Origin: Podarcis tiliguerta
Lineage: Eukaryota
Direction: 5' to 3' (one strand)
DNA length: 64,000 nucleotides
NCBI GenBank assembly: GCA_965153285.1
Contig: OZ229115.1
Position numbers and translations under genes: made by a program
Part shown: positions 26,001 through 37,797 of the stretch, one piece after another
Layout: each line of letters begins with the position of its first letter
How positions within the stretch are numbered: the first letter of the stretch is position 1
The notes under the pieces: model-generated
Told to the model about the DNA's origin: nothing
Databases searched by the model: none
The model's input: only the letters and a program-made list of their open reading frames with translations

Positions 26001-28088
26001 GCCAAATATGCATTATGTATAATGCAGTTTATAATAAAATGCCTGACTCTTGCATTTCCCAACTCAGGGATGTCTGTGCACAAGTTAAAAGACAGGAAGG
26101 AAGAAAGCATGTAAAATGAGTTGTCTTGACATTCTTTCTATCTCAACTTTTCCTCTCCTCTCAATGGGAATAATGAACAGTGGACATTATCTAGTAGCTC
26201 TTTCTGCCAGTCACACATGGAGGAGTGGGGGAGCCAGTGGAGAGACAGGGAAGGCTTCCCCACGCTTGCCAGCTAGCACCTAACATGGCCCCACTGGTTG
26301 GAGGAGGAGGAGGAGGAAAAAGGCCCTTTCTCCAGGAGTCCTGCAGCAAAACTACTAGTTTGCTAATACGTTTATTACTTGGACCATCCTATATTCAGGG
26401 CACAACTGTCAGCTTCATTGCTTGAGTCTGAAATCGGCCTCTGCCCCCCATTTCTTTGTGATTACTTTGCCCCCAACTAATCTCTTAAATGTGTTTCTGG
26501 AGAATCTGAAGCAGAGCATTAACTTGAAGACACTTTGTGAATATATTTTATGAACTGAGACTTAACAGCACAAGACTGAAGATCAACATTTGCATACTGT
26601 ATGTGGTGTAGCAGACACATTTTGAATGGACTCTCTTACTCAAAAGAGCAGTTTGATACTTTACTGAACATTTTAAGTATACCAAAGAGGTAGAACAGCA
26701 GCTTAATGGTGCTTTAGGTTATGGTTGGTAGCTCGATCAATTTTCCTTAATGTGCTCTAGCTTCTCTTGAATAACAGTAAACTTGTCTTTAAATAAAAAT
26801 ATTCAGAGACACAAAAGAACAACAAATGATTATCGGGGTGTTTAAAAGCTCATTTCGTTTGCATGTGTTATCCCAATATGCCTTCTGTCGAAGTATTGAG
26901 TCTTCAAACAAAAGGATACAAATTAATTGTGTTCTGGGGCCAGCATTTGATTTTTTTTCTTGTACATTAATTTTCTCTTGTTTCTCTACCCTCTCTTATC
27001 AGAGATGCTCACAATGGTTTAAATTCTTCTAACAGAGTATTATTATCTGTGCTTTCAATATAACTGGCATCCCTTTTTGATGAAAAGTTAAAAAAATGTA
27101 ACTGATATACAAAATTAGAAATTATTTCCTTTTTTCGGTTTCTAAGTAAACATGTTAGAATGGTGTGCCTTGACTTACCAGTAAAAACCCTTCAATGTAA
27201 ACTTGCACATATCAAATGTTATAGATCTTCCTAGATTTTTATTCTGATCTGATCATATAGTTTTTTACTTGCTCTTCTTTAAAATCAGGGGTGTGAAACA
27301 GCAGCCTGCAGGCCCCCACCACCCTCCCATTTGGCTTGTGAGGCCATTGTGGCTAAGCTGTACTACCTGCCTTGCACCTGATGTCATGTATGATGTTTAA
27401 TGTGGGGCAGGTAAGGGTGGGGCTTGGCCAAAAGGGTTCTTGAAGGTATGGTACCTATAAAACCTATTATATTGCTGAGCAATATACCAATCTGAAGGAC
27501 TTCTAAAGACCGACGTGGGCAATGAAGCTCACCCAGTGTCATTGTCATTTAACTCAAACCAGCTTCTCAAATGTATCCACTCCTCACAGAAGCCTTGGTG
27601 ATGAGGTGTTTAACCTGTGTTCGAAAAATTTAATTGCTATGCTTTTCTTAGGTAGGAATCCTTGACCTTTACTGGTACTACTTGAAACAAGAAGCAGCAT
27701 TTTAATTACAGCCAATTTTTGTATAGCCATTCATGACTTCCTTCCTTCCATAAACTAGGAATACTTCATGTAATCTTATTTGGTAAAACTTTACCAAATA
27801 CCTTGGCTAATATATGTACCTTACATGCTTCTTATATTAGTTTCCTCCTTAATTATCAAAATTCTTTTTTTCTTTGGATAATGCGATTCATGGACAGTTA
27901 TTGATACTATTTTCTACTTTTAGTATCTAAGATTTCTAAAAAGTAAATCAAAATCAAAAAAAGGTATTACATCGATTTCTTTAAATCTAGAGTGAAATTG
28001 AATATTATTCCACTAGAGTCATTGTAAATGCCCTAACAAAATTATTTCCCTTATTTCAGTATTTGCTTCTCTTTGCCTTTCATTTCAG

Positions 28089-28180
28089 TTGTAGGACCAG
28101 TAATAGAAAGAGCTTGATCGTAACCTCCAGCACATCTCCAACACTTCCTCGACCACATTCTCCACTCCATGGCCATGCAG
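28089..28180 (+). CDS. MAST2: MAST2 exon ([30 protein letters not shown])
   Basis: tttcag|T...G|gtaatg, 92 nt; conserved MAST sequence. Confidence 0.96.
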
Positions 28181-29125
28181 GTAATGACAATTCCCCCCCC
28201 CCCTTTCCTGTAAATCTTTTTTGACAGAGCAGCTATTGTTCTCATGATGCTAGGCATCAGTTTTTGAAATGAATTTGGTATTTGTGACTGAAGTGAATGA
28301 GAGCTCATGAATAATTTGTGTCCCTAATTTTGACAGTAGGAACAGCATCTGTTTTTGGTTTGTAGCTTGGGCATCATGTCATAATGCAATTAATCACCTC
28401 TGTTTGCCGTTCTTAGTTTCAAAGCATTTTAAAAACAGTCTGAAGTTTACTTTTTGTATAGACTTTGTAATGTTGCATTTATGCTTTGTTAACTTCTTTC
28501 TTACCTCTAAGAGAGACGGTTTCTGTTTCATGTTATTCATTCTCCAGAGCAATTCTCCCAATTCTCTCATTTCTTTTTCTTTTGATTCATCTAAAAAGTG
28601 TTTTATTAGAGCCCTTTGTCTTGGGCAGGAGTCCATACAAGCACTTCACTATGATAGGGAAACATGTTGTGAGCTCAGTTACAGTTGGGAAACGAAGATC
28701 AAGATGCAGCAAACCATATTGGAAGAGTAACCAGCAAACTCCCTTGAATAGCATTTCCGGGCACATTTCAGTAACCACCGCACCACATCTTTCCTTGTTA
28801 TTTTGTCCCCCACCCTGCAATCATTCATTTAAAAAATATTTATATTTTATTGAAAATATTTCCAGAGCGATTTTCTACCAAATCCCTCTAAAACATATTA
28901 TCCCTAGATCAGATCAGTCCAATGAACTCTCACCTGTTGTTCTTTAATAATAGAAAATGGTCCATTTAAATGAGTTTGCTCTAAAAGCATATTGAACATG
29001 CCATCGACCTTTGCATTGACCCCGCTTCTAAAGGCACCGTTTTATTGCTTTAGTTGATACAATACATGCTGCAACAGCTGTTTTTGTTTTCAAAATCCCA
29101 AGGTCCATAGAAAGTGATTTGAGGT

Positions 29126-29600
29126 TGTTACTGGAACCAGTCAGTTCTCAGTCTCCGCTTTGTGGGTCAGGTTCCTGAGTTGGTGGATTGCAGACTCAAG
29201 ACACAGGAGCAGTCCAGGCAATTCGCTCTTTATTGCCGGCATTAAGCGTAACTTGCAATATATACAGAATAGTCCGCTTAGGCTACTGATCCCAGCAGCC
29301 AGACATCTCATACAGCATACAGCAGAATACATCATTAATCCATACCAGCAGCAGTTGTAGTAGTAGTTTCATCAGTTGCAGGCAATGAGAGAAACTAACA
29401 CACACACTCTCACTGAATCTTTCTCTAGCTGTTTCTCTGGCTCTCTAGCTAGAAAGAGAAACTAAAGACCAGCCTTTTAAGGCTACAGGTTCCTGGCTGT
29501 GCAAAGGAAACCAATTAACTCCTGATCCTTGTCTTGCACCAGTGTAAGTAGTTAGGCTTCTCGGGTTAGTTTCTGGAACATTCTCTACTTCCAATTAACA
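29126..29600 (-). mobile_element. Probable solo LTR
   Basis: Termini tgttactgg...ccaattaaca (TG..CA, short inverted ends); AATAAA on - strand near 29230; TSD not convincing. Confidence 0.5.
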
Positions 29601-29659
29601 GAAACTTACTCAGTTTTCTGCAAAACGAATGATCAATCCCCCAACAAGCCTAATGTCTG

Positions 29660-30145
29660 TCATCTATGCTCTGGTAATATTAAGGTTAGATTACTGCAAT
29701 GAAGATGGTTTGGAAATGTCAGCTGGTGCAGTATTCAGCGGCCAGACTGGTTACCCATGCAAGAAAGTTTGAACATAAAACTCCATTCCTGGCCAAATTG
29801 CACTGGCTGCCAGGTAGTTTACAGGCCCAAATCAAAGTGCTGGTTTGATTCATAAAGCCTTAAATCAGGCATGACCAAACTTGGCCCTCCAGATGTTTTG
29901 GGACTACAGCTCCCATCATCCCTAGCTAACAGGACCAGTGGTCAGAGATGATGGGAATTGTAGTCCCAAAGCATCTGGAAGGCCAAGTTTGGCCATGCCT
30001 GCCTTAAATGGTTCTGGACCATAGTACATCAAGGACCGCCTCTCCCCATATGAACTCACTTGGACCCTGCAATCATCATCATCCGAGGCCCTTCTTCATT
30101 TGCTTCTTCAATGAGAGCTCCGGAGGGTGGCGACACAAGAGTGGA
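29660..30145 (+). mobile_element. L2 LINE ORF2 3' fragment, split by a MITE
   Basis: Remnants of RLDYCN, QLVQ..AARL, LHWLP, KVLV..KALNG and KDRLSPY motifs typical of L2. Confidence 0.8.
29866..30001. mobile_element. Palindromic hAT MITE inserted in the L2
   Basis: Whole element is a near-perfect inverted repeat (caggcatgaccaaacttggcc...ggccaagtttggccatgcctg); perfect 8-bp TSD ccttaaat. Confidence 0.92.
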
Positions 30146-33100
30146 CCTTTTAAAAAATCACTTTGGGGGGGTGTCTGCTTTGGGCTCTTTCTTGATAGTA
30201 CCAAATGATGCTTTGGAAATACATTTAAATGCTGCTAATATTTCAGGGTATCTCCGATTAAACTTCAGTATTCTCTGCTTCATAAAAGCTAAGAGAGCTG
30301 ATATCTCTCTTTCTGGAGATACTGACCCAGACAGCCCTAAACGTTGGCATTGATCCAGTCCTCCTGGGGAACACCAGATGCTATAATTATCCTTCCAAGA
30401 AATGCCAAGAAGTATGAATAGAATACTGAAAAAGTGGGAATTGTTGGCTTTCATGTTTTTAGTGAAACTCTACAGTTCATTCTGTTCAAAGTGTATCCCC
30501 CATATCCTCTTTGGACAGCAAAACCGAAGGAATAGTAGCAGTTCAACTAGAATGAGCCATCTGGTCCTCTGATTTAAAAGCTGCTTATCTTACTGGTATC
30601 CAAGAACTTCCTTAAGTTCTCAGAGGAGAGTTTAAACAGTTGCCTGTTGACCTTAGAGCAAGCATTTCAGAAGTCTAAGAAGCATTCTCTTCTAAAGACA
30701 GAATCCTGTAGCTGAGAATTGTAAAAGGAATTATTATGATGTTCTAATAATTTTGTTGATTTCATAACAGAATCCAGTTACAAACACAGATTACAGAATA
30801 CCTAGTACAAAGTCAAACTAGATCACAGAAGTGATTCAATTATCTTTGTCACTACGAGTTTGTCAGAGTTAACTAGAGGACATTCACTTGATTGAATGAC
30901 TCCTCCCATTGGATTGGATAGGCAAGGTATTTTAAGTTAATGATTAAACTGTATCAGATACCCAAGACCAAAATATGTTTTATTATTCCACACTCCCACT
31001 ATGCATGAAAAGATGTCCCAGTTGCAACAATAAATTTATAACCCACTCTTCACACTGAGGTCCCAGGACAGGTTACAACCATTTAAAACACAACATTAAA
31101 AACAAATCAGAACAGCATACAATCGTAAAAATAGGGTGGGTCCTAAAATTTACATTTCTAATGTAAAAAGAATTTACACATTTCCCAAGAAGTTTCAATG
31201 GACATTTTTCAAAATTATTTCACTGGAAATAACCTCAAATGTTTATAGGTGAAATGAGTAATAGTTCAGTTTTCAAATGGATACACTGTTATATGGATGT
31301 TTTCATTGTATATCATCTTTCAAAGTAGTGATGCAAACAATTACTTGTTTGATATTTATGTGTGTGTGTGTTTAAGAATAATAGAGGGCAGCACCAATAT
31401 ATGGAAGAAATAAGAAGCAGCAACTTGCGAGGTGTTAAGAGATATTTGAGAACCCTTTGATTCTAGATCATTAAATCTGTGTAAGCGTTTGAGCAGCAAG
31501 ACCACCACCTTGTTGCCTGTCAGCTTTAATGACCAAACAGAGCACTCTACTTTTGGTAACTGCACAGTAAAATGGTGTTCCAGCAGTTGTGCCCTTTTCT
31601 TCTCCATAGACATCTGTCCCAGGGGCAAGATGGTACTAACGTAAACGGGGGCCAGAGGGGGGAGTATTTCTGCTAAGAGTTGTGCATTTCTTACTGTCTC
31701 ATTATGGTCTACCGTGGTGAAATGTAATTTAAATATTTATTGCATTTTCACTCCTTAGTGACAGGAGGGTATTCTTGGATTCCTTCTTCATATACATGCA
31801 GAATCACAAACAGATGACACCATCAATGAGAACAGGCGTGCCAACACCAACTTTTTTTGTAGTATAGACAGTGAGGACTTTTTCAGATCTTTATGGGGGT
31901 CTTGTGAGCAGATTCTCTGGTATTTGCCTTGATAATAATAATTGCTTATAAATATCTGGCACTATTGCATTACGTGCGTGCACACACAGAGATTACCAAA
32001 ATTCTACTGTTGTCCTAATGAGTAGTAGTGGATTAGCTTGACTTTAATTTTACAAGTTCAAATAATTATTTTTTAACTTTTCCATAATGTATCCAGCTTG
32101 ATTAAATGTTCTGTCTGTTAATTTGAAATTCACAACATGAATTTTCTAGAGAACGTGATATCTGGATTGAGGCTAATAGGATTTTAGAGATTGATGGTCC
32201 TAATCAAATGCTTCATGGAGAGTTGCTTAAATCTCTTAGGATGATTGGCACTGCTGCCAAGGTTTTCGTTGTTGTTGTTGTTTTTAAAAATGCATTTGTA
32301 ACACGTTGCCATAGAATTTGAAGAGATTTGAGTCTTGGAGCCCAGTACACAATTGCTCACTATAAAGCATTAAAATTGTCATATTCAATCAGAGGCTTTC
32401 ACCTAATCACAATTAAAACATCCATCGTGGAGAGAGATACCCTGCTTTATTTTTTATTTTTTTATAGTCTACTGTTCAGCCTGAACGTTCCAGGGTGGTT
32501 CACAACATTTCAGTTAAATACAATATATTACATAAACCATAGAAACCTAGAAATCTATACGTAATAACAAAGTAGTCATGAAATAGGAATGGATTCTATA
32601 AATTAGTCACCTCTCTGGGTATGAAGGAAAAGTTACATCTTAATGTTGAAAAACTATTTAAAATGGGGGGCAACTGTATCCAGTGGGATACAACAGGGGG
32701 CCATAACAGAGAAGACCAAGCTGTTGACGGAACTATAAGCAGGGCCTCTCCTGCAGATCTTAAGGCTGACAGACAGTGGGAGCAACACTGTCAAAATCCA
32801 ACCAATTGCAAAAATCGTTTATACAAATAAAATGCACACTCACAACAAATGCTGCTATTTAGATTTTGAGTTAACACAAAGACTCATGTATGCCACATGA
32901 CAAAAACTCCTACAATGGAGATTAGTTTATTTTATCTCAGCAAATTTGTGTGTATTTCTATTAGCATATTCTTAATGTTACACAAGCCCTACTATTTGAA
33001 CTGTTTTCCTCATGTTTCATAGACTGCAAGCTTATGCTGGCATATTGCTTGCCCCAACTGTAGAGGTACATTGATGCAGGGAAGTTCAGATAGTGTACTT

Positions 33101-34157
33101 TCACTCATTTCTACACCTGTGTAACGTCCCTCCATCTTCATTGCCTAACCCTCTGACTGCTGCCACTCATGGTCCTGCCTGCCCCCTATCCCCTCCCCTC
33201 CGATTTATGAGTTCTTTAAAACATACGGTTGGATTCAAACTTGTAATGAGCACAGTTATGTTTATGCTTGAGAAAGAAGGGTGGGGAGGTTATTTTTGCC
33301 AATTCCTCCTTCCTCCTCCTGTAGCTCCCTGTTTCCCTGGAAAGCTGCTCTGGAGAGTTCGGGAGGTGATTGTGGGGACTGCATAGAGAATCTGCAAAAA
33401 TTAATTCCTTCCTCCAGTGGGGAAGCCTCTACAGGATCCTGGTTCTTTCCATAAATGGAATGAGCAAGTATGGGTCCAACCCATAGAATATTACAATAAA
33501 TAATACTACATAAGACGAACTGAACTACAGTTCCTACATTCCCCTTCTCCCTTCTGTTTTCAGTGTTTTCACTTTGACAAGTAGAATAGGGCTGCTAATT
33601 GTTTTTCATCTTGAGCTGGGAAATATCTCACCTGGGATCTAATTAAAATTCCAGAATGGGGGGTGGGATGTGCCACAGAAACCCCTATCAAACTGTTATT
33701 GAGAAGTCAGTGTGTGCTATCTAGCAGATTATGTGCTGTGCTGCATTTGTTAACACCACCAGTTTATAAACATTTTACTAATCTCATTTGTCGGGTCAGG
33801 CTACATCTATTGCTTAAAATGTCAATCTTCTACTGAATGCTGCCACATCTTGAATGTATTAGATCACTGCAAAAGTAGGTAATCATATGTTACTGTAATT
33901 AGGTATCCTGGTTATTTTAATGCTAATTCATCAGTTCCCATATTCAGATAACTTTACATTTGCTCTTATAGAAACAATGAAAGATCAGTGCCTTTAAACT
34001 GATGTAGAGTAAAAATAGATAGTAAAAATTGGTTACCGTCATCTGAACATAAAAAATCTCAGTGACTTGTACAGCATTGAGGCACTCATCAAATTACAAT
34101 AACAGAAATAGTTTTGAATGCACAGCAAATGTCAACATTTTGTAATTTTCTGAACAG

Positions 34158-34233
34158 GTGGAAGTCCGTTGGACAGTCCCAGAAATTTCTCCCCAAATGC
34201 ACCCTCTCACTTTTCCTTCGTTCCTGCCCGTAG
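34158..34233 (+). CDS. MAST2: MAST2 exon ([24 protein letters not shown])
   Basis: aacag|...AG|gtatgt, 76 nt, phases match neighbours. Confidence 0.96.
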
Positions 34234-35899
34234 GTATGTATGCATACACATTTTAGTTCTGATTTGCATGTAAAAGCCTCATGAGGCAATTCTTTTTTGC
34301 TTGTTGCTTAAAGTAATTTGGTGTTGTGTTCTTGACTGACTCACTTAACTCAATTCTCAAGAATATTTTTAAAAACAATATTTTTGTTGGCTTCTCATTC
34401 AGAATGTGAGACATTGCAAAAAAGCAAGCTAAAGGGGGGGGGGGATAAAATAAAAAAGTACACACATGAAGACTGCCTGGCCTAGGCAAATGTTTATTAT
34501 TGTGCTTATATTTGAGAAAGTGGATTCCTGTGGCTGTATTTGAACATATGTGGCAGGAGATGCAAAGAGTTGTGGAGTAGGTATGCCTTGTGCTCTTCAG
34601 TGTTAGAGTGGGAGAGAAGGGGAAGTGAAAGTTATGATCACATTTCCACTCATGCTGTTTCCAGATTGGGACAGATGAAAATGGCCTTTGCCAATTCTGT
34701 TCACAGGCCATATGGGGAATGCTTGTTTGAAATAAAGTGCTTTAAAGGCTACCAGTGTGGAACCCTGCCCAGTCAGCCCTTGTAAGTTACAGACAAACGC
34801 TGATTGGCAAAACAGAGAATCAAAACCTACCTCTTGACAGCCCATTTTTGTGGGTAAGGTGCAGCTTCTGTGTGTGGCTCAGGTACTCCCATAATAGTTT
34901 TTGCATTATTGGATGGCACTGTTTGCTTGCCTGTTTGTTTTTTCAGGGCATAGATTTGGTTAGCAAGATTTTTTTATACTTGTTTGGTATTAACTATTGG
35001 GCTGTGGGGTATTTGTCATCCTTTCCCAATGGTTCATTGCACTGGAACACCTGGTTTCTTTTGCTCGCCTTTATCTTTCTGTTCTGTCTACGAGTTTTCT
35101 GATACCAAGGCCTTCCTTCTCATTAGAGGGAAGACCGAGTGAGCTGGCTATTTGGAAAGAAAGCGTTTATCTTTTGGTCATCTATTTCAGAAATGACTTT
35201 TTAAATATCTGGCTGCCCAAAATAACACCAGGCTATCCATAATATGCTTGGATGTTTGAAGCAGCTCTCCCCCCCAAAGAAAACCCTGGGTACAAGGAAA
35301 AAGGGGGAAGCAAACAATGCCATCCATTACTCAGTGCATCAGTGTATTTTTTCAAGGATAACTGAATAACACCCAATGCTCCTACTGCAATACATTATGC
35401 AAATGGTGAGCTTGTGCCTTGCTTCATCAATTGCTTTCCCAACTCTTCCAGCCTACAGCAAACACACACAGTTCCGGGCACTTAAGCCATGTTGCAGTGT
35501 CTTTACAACTGTTCCTAAAGCCTGGGTCTTCCTCAGTCTCAAGTGGTCTTACTGTTTCAGCTGTTGCTAATACAGTAGTGCATTATCTCACAGGATCTGT
35601 GACTAGTTATTCACCTTCTCTCTTGCTGTGCTCACAGGAGACAGATAGTGGGAGGAGGGCCAGCTACCATAAAGGCCAGTCCGATGTCATTCACAAAATA
35701 GCTATGCTACATGAGGCAACCTACACTGGATCATGGCACATGAGACCCTTCCCCCAACTTCCACGATCCAAAAGAGTGTGAGGCAAAGCCACTTCAGTGA
35801 AACTGGGAGGCAGGGAAAACTTTGCCAGACTGGAGACTGTGCTTTTATCCTCTTTAGGTGGCATTTTTCTTCCCTCCTGAATATTTTAATAATTGCTTG

Positions 35900-37300
35900 G
35901 GTCAGGGGACGTGATCTTCACTGCTCAACAGCTTCAAGAAAAATGCAGAGAGCAAAACCAAGCCCTTTATATGGCATTTATTGACCTGACTAAGGCCTTT
36001 GAAACTGTAAATCATAATGCCCTGTGGACTGTCCTCCTGAAAATTGGCTGCCCTGATAAATTTGTGAACATCCTTCAGCTCCTCCATGGTAATATGACAA
36101 CAACTATTACAGATAACAATGGCTCTCAATGTGAACCATTCACAGTGGGGTCAGGTGTTAAACAGGGTTGTGTTATCGCCCCAACTCTATTAATTATTTT
36201 CATTGCCATGATCCTACACATTGTCAAAGGGAAACTCCCCACCGGGGTAGAAGTCATATCAAACAGTTGGAAAGCTCTTTAATCTGAGTAGGCGGAAAGG
36301 AAAGAGTAAGGTTACCATAACTTCCGTCACAGAGCTTCAGTATCCTAAATATCTTTGCAGAAGCTTACGAAAAGCTTGGCCTATCACTCAACATCCAAAA
36401 AACTAAAGTGCTGCACCAATAAGCACAAAACAACCCCTCTGCAATGCCACAAATCCAACTCAGTGGTGTAATGTTGGAAAGTGTTGATCACTTCTCCTAC
36501 CTGGGCAGTTATCTTTCCACAAGGGCTGACATTGATGCCAAAATCCAGCATCGCCTGAGCTCTGCGTGTGCAGCTTTCTCCCAATTGAAGCGCAGAGTAT
36601 TTGAGGACCATGACATTCGCAGGAGAACCAAAATGCGTGCTTACAAAGCTATTCTACTACCAATCTTGCTGTATGCTTGTGTAACATGGACCACTTATAA
36701 ACGCCATCTCCAACTCCTTGAAAGATTCCATCAATGGTGTCTCTGAAAATTTTTAGATTTCACTTGGGAAGCCAGGTGAACTAATACCAGTGTACTGGAA
36801 GAAGCAAATATCACCGTTGGCGAAGCAACGATTCTTCAGCATCAACTTCATTGGACTACCCATGTTGTTAGGAGGCCTGATTATTGTCTTCTGAAGCAAC
36901 TACACTATTCCGAAGTTAAAAATGGAAAGTGTAATGCTGGTGGTCAACAAAAGAGGTTTAAAGACTCTGTGAAGGCAAATCTACAAAAAGGTAATATAAG
37001 CACCAACAACTGGGAAGCACTGACCTGCGAGTGCTCCAATTGGAGAACAGACTTTACCAAAGGTGTTGTGGACTTTGAAGATGCTCAAACTCAGGATGAA
37101 AGGGAGAAACATGCTAAGAGGAAGGCACGTTTGGGAAACCCTCACCGTGATCCATTCCTACCCAGAAACCTATGTCCCCACTGTGGAAGGACGTGTGGAT
37201 CCAGAATTGGCCTCCACAGTCACTTACAGACTCACTGTTAAGACTGTGTTCATGGAAGACAATCTTAGTCAGGCTATGAGTGATCATCAAAGAAAAAGAA
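35900..37300 (+). mobile_element. 5'-truncated RTE-clade LINE, dead RT
   Basis: QLQEKCREQN, FIDLTKAF, GVKQGCVIAP, FSYLGS, C-terminal CPHCGRTCGSRIGLHSHLQTH; A-rich tail; frameshifts and stops. Confidence 0.93.
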
Positions 37301-37776
37301 TGCTTTGACAACCAGTGTGCTGCTTCACTAAGCAAATATGTTGGTTAGAATTCCTTTCATATAGGGTAATGCTCTTAGATATTTTGTTTGATACTGCCAC
37401 TCTGGCTTGCTGTGTTTTGTAATAATTCTCAAGCTGTTTTATTTTGTGAATGTTTATTTTGTTACTATAAAAAATCTGAGTGCTTTTAAAACCTGATAAA
37501 CAAAGATGAACCATTCTCAAAATAGAGTGCTTCAGTGATATTAGAATTATGGCAATGTAAATGAAAGGATTATCTTTCTCAAACTACAGAATTTTGCCAC
37601 ATTCACATATGCAGTTTCATTTTTATCTACAAATATAAACAAATATGCCACTCCATCTATAAAAATTCCCAGGATGATTTATAAGCATGAAAACAACAAT
37701 TTATTACTTTTTCAGAAGCAGATTATGTTTACAATTTCCCCCCTGTTTTTTTTACTGGTACTATTTTTTTATATAG

Positions 37777-37797
37777 CCATGGACACAGGGCAGACAG
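37777..37797 (+). CDS. MAST2: MAST2 21-nt alternative microexon (SHGHRAD)
   Basis: ttttttatatag|CCATGGACACAGGGCAGACAG|gtaatg, phase 2-2; matches the recalled mammalian insert SHSHRAD between VPAR and RTDGRRW. Confidence 0.88.

Larger units (their letters stand above)
28300..30900 (-). mobile_element. Possible very old LINE remnant, interrupted by younger insertions
   Basis: Only weak, scattered RT-like peptide fragments on - strand (e.g. VLLSK, FLGRIIIASG, PLEAG); boundaries approximate. Confidence 0.3.

Noticed and set aside
31609-31645. Acceptor-like cttttcttctccatag followed by GT sites as a microexon
   Set aside because: Possible lengths (23 or 31 nt) break the frame and the donors are weak
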